From assembly GCF_000341395.1 (NCBI RefSeq), contig NC_020304.1, positions 2,490,001-2,522,000 on the forward strand: DNA of 32,000 nt. Direction: 5' to 3'. The position numbers were made by a program, and so were the translations under genes. Positions within the stretch are counted from its first letter, which is position 1; each line of letters starts with the position of its first letter. Source of the DNA: Desulfocapsa sulfexigens DSM 10523. GTDB taxonomy: Bacteria; Desulfobacterota; Desulfobulbia; Desulfobulbales; Desulfocapsaceae. The notes under the pieces are model-generated. The model made no database searches. It was not told the origin of the DNA and worked only from the letters and a program-made list of their open reading frames with translations. Shown piece by piece: positions 7,878-14,357 of this stretch.

Positions 7878-8318
7878 TTATCCAGGGGAAGGTGCATTGC
7901 TCTTAGGTTCTTTTATTAAGTCAACTAGAAATGGAATTTCGCTATCTAACTTCCATCGTGTATTTCTTTTTGTTTCAACCGTTATCAAGTATTCACCTTC
8001 ATGCTCAGCCACAAGGTTAGCTATTTCAACGTTTATGTTTGCTGTCCTGCCTACAGGACCACCAATTACAATTGGTTGTTCCAGTAGTATTTCTTTTTTT
8101 TCTGTTCCGGGAACAATTATCCCTATACGGAAACGAATATTTCTTTTATTTTTAGAATTATAGAACCATGTTGAGGTGAGTATTAATGGTGGTATTTTAG
8201 ATGGCAGACCTGTAAGGCCAAATGAAGCTCCACTTAACACCTCGATAAAACTTGGTAATTTAGTTCTTTCATCTGCTATTACTTTGCTACAGATGAGACT
8301 CGTCACATGTCGGATCAT
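7878..8318 (-). CDS. hypothetical 146-aa protein, third gene of the hicAB unit; possibly DUF6941-like (weak recollection)
   Basis: The ORF is MIRHVTSLICSKVIADERTKLPSFIEVL...RTANINVEIANLVAEHEGEYLITVETK...IPFLVDLI. No catalytic motif was recognised. It starts 28 nt after the hicB stop with an AAAGGA SD. Confidence 0.6.
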   Translation of the reverse strand: MIRHVTSLICSKVIADERTKLPSFIEVLSGASFGLTGLPSKIPPLILTSTWFYNSKNKRNIRFRIGIIVPGTEKKEILLEQPIVIGGPVGRTANINVEIANLVAEHEGEYLITVETKRNTRWKLDSEIPFLVDLIKEPKSNAPSPG

Positions 8319-8346
8319 ATCATCATCATCCTTTTAATACTCTTAA

Positions 8347-8868
8347 TTATTGTAAGCTGAAGTTATTTGAGCTGCCGGACAAAAATGCACCGACTGCACT
8401 TTCTTTAGTACCTTCAATGTCGGTAGTGATATTCAAATATTGAGAATGCTCAGAGGCAAGGATGGCAACATTTTTAGCCATACCCGCTGTTTGACCAATG
8501 ATCGCTTTAAGTTCATCAATAACGTTTTTGTACACTTCAACTTTGCTGGAGCGTTCTTGGAGCATTGACACAATTTGTGAATTAAGAGAAATTCCTTCTT
8601 GTTCAGCTATTTTTGACAACCGTTCATGGAGTGAAACAGGTAGTCGTAGTCGAAATTGTCCACTGAACTTTTTCGCTGTTTGTGGCAACGGAATTTCTTC
8701 ACCATCTTCTTTTAATATTTCTATTGCATCAGCTAAAACCAAATTTAATTGTGCAGTTGCTTTTTCTTGTGTTTCGCCAAACCCCGACAAAAATGGAAAT
8801 TCCATTGAAGTCGCCACAAAGCACTCATCCTCTTCGCTCCACAAGGTACTTATAGAATATTTGTGCAT
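8347..8868 (-). CDS. hicB: HicB-family antitoxin (HicB N-domain + ribbon-helix-helix) with about 65-aa C-terminal extension
   Basis: 173 aa. The N-domain reads YSISTLWSEEDECFVATSMEFPFLSGFGETQEKATAQL...EDGEEIPLP. The RHH-like segment reads FRLRLPVSLHERLSKIAEQEGISLNSQIVSMLQ. An extra tail follows: SSKVEVYKNVIDELKAIIGQ...SNNFSLQ. Confidence 0.75.
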   Translation of the reverse strand: MHKYSISTLWSEEDECFVATSMEFPFLSGFGETQEKATAQLNLVLADAIEILKEDGEEIPLPQTAKKFSGQFRLRLPVSLHERLSKIAEQEGISLNSQIVSMLQERSSKVEVYKNVIDELKAIIGQTAGMAKNVAILASEHSQYLNITTDIEGTKESAVGAFLSGSSNNFSLQ

Positions 8869-8881
8869 TATGATCCCTTTA

Positions 8882-9160
8882 TTATAATTTTATCTGAAAT
8901 TCTTCTATGAAACTAAGTAACTGTTTTACTTGGTAGGGTTTAGCTTTGCTTTTATCTCGTTCATCATGTTGAAAGTTCATCAAATTATTGGGTGCTTTGA
9001 TGGTTGAGTGTTTATACATGAATCCATGACCAGAACTTTTTCTTCTCTCAAAGCCAGCTTTCCCTGCTAACTTCAAAAGATTTTTAAAGCTAACATTCTT
9101 TGGGTTGGCAATCGCATCTCCTAATAGCTTTTCTATACGACTCATCAGGTCATCTCTCAT
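8882..9160 (-). CDS. hicA: HicA-like toxin (mRNA interferase family), divergent
   Basis: 92 aa. Motifs are FKNLLKLAGKAGFERRKSSGHGFMYKH...KAKPYQVKQLLSFIEE. It lies 13 nt upstream of hicB in the canonical hicA-hicB order. Confidence 0.6.
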   Translation of the reverse strand: MRDDLMSRIEKLLGDAIANPKNVSFKNLLKLAGKAGFERRKSSGHGFMYKHSTIKAPNNLMNFQHDERDKSKAKPYQVKQLLSFIEEFQIKL

Positions 9161-9280
9161 TATGGTACCACAGGGGGGACCATTTTGTAAACTATCTGTA
9201 TTTATTTATCAAGGGTTAATTTTATGCAAGGCTTACCTATCTCCGCCAGCCGAACGCCAGAGATAACCGGCTTGCCAACC

Positions 9281-9370
9281 AGTTGGCTACCAAGTTCAAA
9301 CGGCTAAAATTATTGAAGCTAACTCAAGAGAACGCGCGTGCTCGCAAGTCGGGTTGATTGATTTGTTATG
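9281..9370 (-). repeat. Candidate attC-like site B (poorly symmetric)
   Basis: On the minus strand it reads ACATAAC(9370-9364)...GTTATCT(9287-9281). The arm CCGACTTGC can pair with GCAAGCCGG, but only with a 12-nt offset. It shares TTGTTATGT and a GCGCG-rich arm with site A. Confidence 0.3.
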
Positions 9371-9420
9371 TTATTTCATGCACATATGATATTTACAGCA
9401 GTGTTTATCTGTGCGAAACT

Positions 9421-10281
9421 TTAATTTATTGCCCATTTTTGAATGTTGAATTTATTACTTTCACCGCTATATGCCCAATTTGCACCTGTTGCAACAGCGA
9501 AATCATTACCGAAGGTTGTTAATTTAACTGACCAAAAGTAAGATGAATCTAGTGTTTGAGGACAACGCTCATCTTTTCTTTTTTCTTTTTTATATTTTTC
9601 AAATTCACTCCAAAGTTTACCCATAACTCCATAAGAATATTTTGAACCGCAGTCTTCGTGAGGGAATAATGATTCCTTTTTAGTTTTGACAAGACCGAGT
9701 CTTTCTAGGTTGCTGATGTATAACCACATTCTGGAATTATTTTTTATGCCAGCCTTAACTTGTAAAGGGAAACTGTCTTTAGAAAACTGAAAACCACTTT
9801 CTACTTTCATATAAAGGCTAGCAAATATATGTGCTTCTATAATATTGTATGGCGACGAAGCAATAACAGAGAAAATTCGGCATTCGTCGGATACCAAATT
9901 TTTTAGAACTTCTGCAAAAGCTGGGTGGGTAGTATCAATTTTTTCTTGATCCATATTCCCTGCAAGTAAGTTTACAAACATAGTTCTTGGCAGCGGGTCT
10001 TCTGCATTTATGGTTGACTGTAGTCCTTGGATTACCCTGATTGCCATCTCTGGTTCTGGGCTAACGATAGTTGAAGGGTCTTTTCTCTCATTTTTGAACT
10101 TTTGCTCAATTGCGGATTCAACCCAGTCAAATGTTTTATCTACTGTTGATATAAGGCCGGAGACAGGACGTAAGGTTACTTTGATTGCTTCAGTCAAAGT
10201 GTTGCCAAATTCTTTTGCGGCACCGTGCACTACATCATCATAAATTTTGGGGATCAAAGACTTAATAACTTTTTCTTCCAT
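9421..10281 (-). CDS. Abi-alpha / DUF4393-like protein (abortive-infection-associated family)
   Basis: 286 aa from ATG 10281, which has an AAGGATGA SD. The track's TTG start at 10308 is less likely. The N-terminus GAAKEFGNTLTEAIKVTLRPV and the motif AEDPLPRTMFVNLLAGNMDQE resemble the Abi_alpha signature (..LQ.MWA.LLA..). Confidence 0.6.
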   Translation of the reverse strand: MEEKVIKSLIPKIYDDVVHGAAKEFGNTLTEAIKVTLRPVSGLISTVDKTFDWVESAIEQKFKNERKDPSTIVSPEPEMAIRVIQGLQSTINAEDPLPRTMFVNLLAGNMDQEKIDTTHPAFAEVLKNLVSDECRIFSVIASSPYNIIEAHIFASLYMKVESGFQFSKDSFPLQVKAGIKNNSRMWLYISNLERLGLVKTKKESLFPHEDCGSKYSYGVMGKLWSEFEKYKKEKRKDERCPQTLDSSYFWSVKLTTFGNDFAVATGANWAYSGESNKFNIQKWAIN

Positions 10282-10297
10282 TATTTCATCCTTACAA

Positions 10298-10421
10298 ACA
10301 TAACGCAAAGCTAAGACGCGCGCCTAGCCGAGGTTAGAGTAGGTTCGAGTTGTATTGAGATGGCCGAAGCCGATTTAGCAAAGCGCAAGTTTGCGCGTCG
10401 TGCTTGAGCGAATTGTTATGT
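10298..10421 (-). repeat. attC-like recombination site A (124 bp imperfect palindrome)
   Basis: It has exact inverted 7-mers ACATAAC (10298-10304) and GTTATGT (10415-10421). The adjacent arms GCAAAGCTAAGACGCGCGCC and GCGCGTCGTGCTTGAGCGAATT pair with extrahelical bases. It starts 5 nt after the stop of the upstream (minus-strand) ORF and ends 16 nt before the next ATG, which is the classic cassette layout. Confidence 0.55.
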
Positions 10422-10426
10422 ATTTT

Positions 10427-10936
10427 CTATTTTGGCGTAATTGTACCAGTTGCTTTTTGGTCTGGACAGCTCTCAACTTCATACGATGCATTTTCAATAT
10501 AATAAGTGATTTTACAGCCGGTTACTTCATGTTCGCCTAAATAAGCTATGGGGTGCTCTGTTAATATGATTTTATCATCCTCTTTGTCGTACTCCGCTTT
10601 TCCTGATGATGTTGAATGGCCGTTATTAATTTGAATTTTAACATCATTTGTGGCGATGAGTTTTTTTACCTTCTCAGCCATTTTTTCGTCGCCTGAATTA
10701 GAAATATTTTCGTGCAAAATAACCAGCTTTTGGCACTCAATTTTCATATTGGTTGATGTGGCAACTACGTCTTTTGTAATGATGATGATGTTTTCTTTAT
10801 TTTTGAACTCCCAATAGTCACCTATGACATGCAACTTAGATGCACCAATATAACCCTCTGCGGCCTTAATTTGCGGGACATAACTGGCAATTGCTAAGAG
10901 GATTGTGAAAAGGGCGATTGGTTTCTTGGTGTTCAT
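10427..10936 (-). CDS. secreted protein with LptA/OstA-N-like beta-jellyroll pattern
   Basis: 169 aa. The signal peptide is MNTKKPIALFTILLAIASYVPQIKAAEG. The LptA-like repeats read ITKDVVATSTNMKIECQKLVIL...LIATNDVKIQINNGHSTSSGKAEYDKEDDKIILTEHPIAYLGEHEVTGCKITYYIEN. Confidence 0.5.
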   Translation of the reverse strand: MNTKKPIALFTILLAIASYVPQIKAAEGYIGASKLHVIGDYWEFKNKENIIIITKDVVATSTNMKIECQKLVILHENISNSGDEKMAEKVKKLIATNDVKIQINNGHSTSSGKAEYDKEDDKIILTEHPIAYLGEHEVTGCKITYYIENASYEVESCPDQKATGTITPK

Positions 10937-10949
10937 TTGGTGTTCATAT

Positions 10950-10998
10950 ACATAACAGTGTTAATACATGGACAATGTCCATCATATTACCTTATATC
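10950..10998 (-). repeat. Short attC-like or operator palindrome upstream of the LptA-like gene
   Basis: It reads ACATAAC-AGTG-TTAATAC-ATGGACA-A-TGTCCAT-CATATTA-CC-TTATAT. It begins 13 nt upstream of ATG 10936. It is shorter than typical attC sites. Confidence 0.3.
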
Positions 10999-11658
10999 TG
11001 GCTACATTTTCCTCTTATCTTGATATTAAAACATTCTGCATGGAAAATAGTGTCCACTTATTACCTTGAAATCTCTATTTTCCAGCTATTGCCATATTAG
11101 GGCCAAAAAGTGGAAAAACAGACGGTTTGCGTCATTTTTCCCACAAACATAACCGGACTGTTTTTTTATAGATATTATGGGAGATGTCCAGTGGGCAAGA
11201 ATGGCCTAGGCAGAAATACCTTAAGTTAATATAATTTCCGCTCCTCTTCCTTCAAATAAACCACCATCCATTAAAACAGACGATCCATACTTATTCAATG
11301 AATAAATGTGCTATTTGTTTGATAATTCAAATGAATTTTTTGTAAAGATGTGCGGTGGCAAGGGTAACTGTCGTGCAATATAGGCAGGTTTAGATGTTTT
11401 TTATACATCTCGATTTCAAAAGAGTGACTGAAACTCAACCGACTGGAAACATAAAAATTTAGGTAAACAGGAGGAGTGTGATTGTTTAGAGTTATGTGGA
11501 ATTCCAGAAATTTCCCTTGGCCATTCACGCCGGAATCGTGGTCTGTCCCTTAATCCCTGCTTAATCCCCCACTGCAGGTGACGTCAATACATGGGCTTTG
11601 TTTATTGCCATTAGAAATAAAAAACGTGGGACAGGAGTGGGATAGGGGGGGGCAAATG

Positions 11659-11694
11659 AAAAAAGCACATAGGGCAAAAACGCTCTATGTGCTT
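11659..11694 (-). terminator. Rho-independent terminator downstream of tRNA-Gln
   Basis: On the minus strand it reads AAGCACATAG-loop-CTATGTGCTT followed by TTTTT, about 10 nt after the tRNA CCA end. Confidence 0.65.
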
Positions 11695-11704
11695 GAATTT
11701 TCAA

Positions 11705-11778
11705 TGGCTGGGGGACAGGGATTCGAACCCCGATAAGCGGAGTCAGAGTCCGCTGTCTTGCCGTTAGACCATCCCCCA
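11705..11778 (-). tRNA. tRNA-Gln (anticodon CUG), CCA encoded
   Basis: I folded the reverse complement TGGGGGATGGTCTAACGGCAAGACAGCGGACTCTGACTCCGCTTATCGGGGTTCGAATCCCTGTCCCCCAGCCA by hand. It gives a 7-bp acceptor, a 4-bp D stem, the anticodon stem GCGGA/TCCGC with loop CTCTGAC, and a T arm with GGTTCGAAT. Confidence 0.9.
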
Positions 11779-11842
11779 GAATGGGTGCTGTTGAGGGAGA
11801 TTATTTAGACAGTTTTGGTAGTTCTGTCAAGGAAAAAGACCC

Positions 11843-12664
11843 TTAAGATATGAGGACTCCGGCATAGCCAACGACCTGTTTGGTGTCACCGGAGATTTCA
11901 CCAGAATCTGTGTAGCGGACAAGTTCGGTTTTCGTGGCCCCAAGTTCTAAGGCTGCTATCAGGGCAACGGTGACCGGCATGATTCCGCACATTGAAATGT
12001 TGTGTCCGATGACAGAACGGTAGAGTATATTCGGATCCATATCTGCTATCTTCTTCAGCACATAATGATCCTTTTTGTCAGCTGCTTCCCGTGGTTCGTA
12101 ATGGGTCATGTCGGTAGAGGCAACAATCAGGATATTTCCGCTATCATTTTGTTTGATGACTTCTGCCAGGGCCAGGCCAAGTTCATTCAGAATCTGATAG
12201 GAGACGTGTGAGATAGTGATGGGGACAATGGAGAGATTCGGTTGTACCATCTGAAGAAAAGGAATCTGCACTTCCAGTGAATGTTCATAGGTGTGTGCGA
12301 GTTCATCTTCCTCAATAATATCTGTTGCTTCAAGTAAATCCTGCGCAAAGTGACGGTTAACGGGGACACTGCCCATGGGCATATTCCAGGTGGCAGTGGA
12401 GAGGGCTACGGGGGCGCCTTTTCCGGTATGGTTGGGGCCAAGAAGGATTACCGTTTCCGGAACTTCTACCCTGCCAAGTGTTTCAGCTGCAACCCCTCCA
12501 GAGTATACGTATCCGGCATGAGGAGATAGGGCGGCCAGAACTTTTTGTTTTGTTGCAGGTAGAGGATGGTTGCCTGCTAATTCCCTAATGGCGAGTCGCA
12601 GAGACTCTGCATCTCCAGGGTAAAATCTGCCGGCAACAGCCGGTGAACGAATGATGGATGCCAT
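11843..12664 (-). CDS. amrB: AmmeMemoRadiSam system protein B (Memo-like)
   Basis: 273 aa. Motifs are RSPAVAGRFYPGD, SPHAGYVYSG, LGPNH, EHSLEVQIPFLQ and STDMTHY. Confidence 0.88.
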   Translation of the reverse strand: MASIIRSPAVAGRFYPGDAESLRLAIRELAGNHPLPATKQKVLAALSPHAGYVYSGGVAAETLGRVEVPETVILLGPNHTGKGAPVALSTATWNMPMGSVPVNRHFAQDLLEATDIIEEDELAHTYEHSLEVQIPFLQMVQPNLSIVPITISHVSYQILNELGLALAEVIKQNDSGNILIVASTDMTHYEPREAADKKDHYVLKKIADMDPNILYRSVIGHNISMCGIMPVTVALIAALELGATKTELVRYTDSGEISGDTKQVVGYAGVLIS

Positions 12665-12665
12665 G

Positions 12666-14135
12666 TCAGCTCCGTTTTACGCTCCAGCCGGTTCCTTCCG
12701 GTCCGTCTTTGAGCTCTATTCCACGGTCGAGAAGTTCATCGCGGATTTCATCGCTTCGGGTCCAGTTTTTGTCTGTTCGAGCCTGGTTGCGTTCTGCTAT
12801 AAGTGCAAGAATCTCGGCTTCGCTGATGTCAGTTTCTGCAAGCATGGCAGCCTTCTTGTGGGCAAGATATTCGGCTGCATTTTCCTGAACTATTCCCATG
12901 ATAGCGGCAAGCTTTACGATGTCTGCAGAACCACTTTTCAGTAGATTGTAATCAGAGGTCGCGGGTACATCAGGAAGCTGCTGGATAATCTTATTGATGA
13001 CCTTTACTGTTTCAAAAAGGCTTGCCTGGGCCTGGGCAGTATTAAAGTCATTGTCCATGGCCTTCTGGAATCGTTCTTCCAGTGACTCTATCTTTTTTAT
13101 GTCTTTTGGTGTTGCAACGATTTCAGCACTGTCAGAATGAGCCGTTCCAAGAGCATCGCAGGCGGCAATACACTCATAAAGACGATCGAGACCCGTCATG
13201 GCATCCTGCATGGCTGCCTCGGAAAAATCGAGCGGGTTGCGATACTGGGTGGAAAAGATAAAAAATCTCAGCACCTCAGGGTGGTAATGGGCAAGAATAT
13301 CTCTGATGGTAAGGAAATTTCCAAGAGATTTCGACATCTTTTCATCACGGATGGTGACAAAGCCATGATGGATCCACATATTGACAAAGGGTTTATTATT
13401 GGCACCTTCACTCTGGGCCAGTTCGTTCTCATGATGTGGGAAGATCAGATCTTGACCACCGCCATGGATATCAAAGGTGGAACCAAGATATTTGCGACTC
13501 ATGGCGGAGCATTCGATATGCCAGCCAGGTCTTCCAGGGCCCCACGGGCTATCCCAGCTGGGTTCTCCCGGTTTGGATGCCTTCCACATTACAAAATCCA
13601 TGGGATCTGTTTTGTTTTCATTGACGGAAACGCGGGCACCTGCCTGCATATCGTCAAGGTTCCGCCCTGAAAGTTTGCCGTATCCATCAAAAGAATGCAC
13701 TTTATAGTAGACATCTCCCCCGGCGGGGTAGGCCATGCCCTTATCGATGAGTTCACTTACCAGGTCAATCATTTCCTGGATGTGCTCGGTGGCCTTTGGT
13801 TCCATTGTTGGCCTGTCCACGCCAAGTCTGTCCATGTCAACGTAGAATTCATCAATAAAACGATTAGCGAGCTCTTCTGTTGTGGTTCCCTGTTCCTCTG
13901 CGCGTGCAATGATTTTGTCATCAATGTCAGTGAAATTCCTGATGTATGTGACTTTGTTGCCACGATACCTGAGGTAGCGGACTATCATGTCGAAGGCGAG
14001 TGCCGATCGCGCATGTCCAATATGGCAGTAATCGTAGGATGTAATTCCACAGACATAGAGTTTTATATGCCCAGGTTCGATGGGTTTTAGGAGTTCTTTT
14101 TTTCTGGTAAGTGTATTGTATATCTTAACTGGCAT
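12666..14135 (-). CDS. cysS: cysteine--tRNA ligase
   Basis: Motifs are MPVKIYNTLTRKKE..., the HIGH motif CHIGHARS, KMSKS, and WHIECSAM. I chose the start at ATG 14135 (Met37 of the track ORF) to match the canonical CysS N-terminus. Confidence 0.93.
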   Translation of the reverse strand: MPVKIYNTLTRKKELLKPIEPGHIKLYVCGITSYDYCHIGHARSALAFDMIVRYLRYRGNKVTYIRNFTDIDDKIIARAEEQGTTTEELANRFIDEFYVDMDRLGVDRPTMEPKATEHIQEMIDLVSELIDKGMAYPAGGDVYYKVHSFDGYGKLSGRNLDDMQAGARVSVNENKTDPMDFVMWKASKPGEPSWDSPWGPGRPGWHIECSAMSRKYLGSTFDIHGGGQDLIFPHHENELAQSEGANNKPFVNMWIHHGFVTIRDEKMSKSLGNFLTIRDILAHYHPEVLRFFIFSTQYRNPLDFSEAAMQDAMTGLDRLYECIAACDALGTAHSDSAEIVATPKDIKKIESLEERFQKAMDNDFNTAQAQASLFETVKVINKIIQQLPDVPATSDYNLLKSGSADIVKLAAIMGIVQENAAEYLAHKKAAMLAETDISEAEILALIAERNQARTDKNWTRSDEIRDELLDRGIELKDGPEGTGWSVKRS

Positions 14136-14357
14136 AGTCGCGGTGGTTCCGGTTTTATCAAGTGGTTGGAAACCTGTTTTCTTTAAGTACCTTATGTATT
14201 CTTTTCTTGTTTTTTGAAAAGAATTTGGTGAAGGTGCTTTCACCCCTCAAGGGGTACTGTACTGAGTACTGGCTTACTTGGTGTTCACCAGTATGAGAGA
14301 ATAAAAAAAAGTATAAGTTCATTGATACCATAAATCAATTGCGGGGAAAAGAGAAGA

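Noticed and set aside
10282-10308. TTG start for the Abi-alpha-like ORF
   Set aside because: ATG at 10281 has a proper SD (AAGGATGA). The TTG would place the coding sequence inside the attC-like core.
11147-11230. attC site starting at the ACATAAC core at 11147
   Set aside because: No complementary arm or GTTRRRY-type partner lies within 60-130 nt; GTTAATA at 11224 does not pair. It is retained only as a core-motif occurrence.
11295-11528. 77-aa minus-strand ORF in the tRNA-proximal noncoding region
   Set aside because: It has no RBS and no recognisable motif, lies in an AT-rich spacer, and is probably random. The region is kept only as a finding.
11544-11652. C-tract block and G-tract block as a long-range hairpin or riboswitch-like element
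   Set aside because: The complementary blocks are in parallel (mirror) order, so only about 5 bp (CCCAC/GTGGG) can actually pair.
13137-13670. Long antisense ORFs inside well-supported genes (13137-13670, 14649-15185, 24853-25527, 8498-8887, 7861-8163, 27328-27714, 17149-17550 and others)
   Set aside because: Each is nested opposite a gene with clear family motifs. Their compositions (Cys/Arg/His-rich) look like shadow frames.
14136-14243. 36-codon N-terminal extension of cysS
   Set aside because: Canonical CysS begins M-x-(L/I/V)-x-(L/I)-YN(T/S). The internal Met at 14135 gives exactly that.
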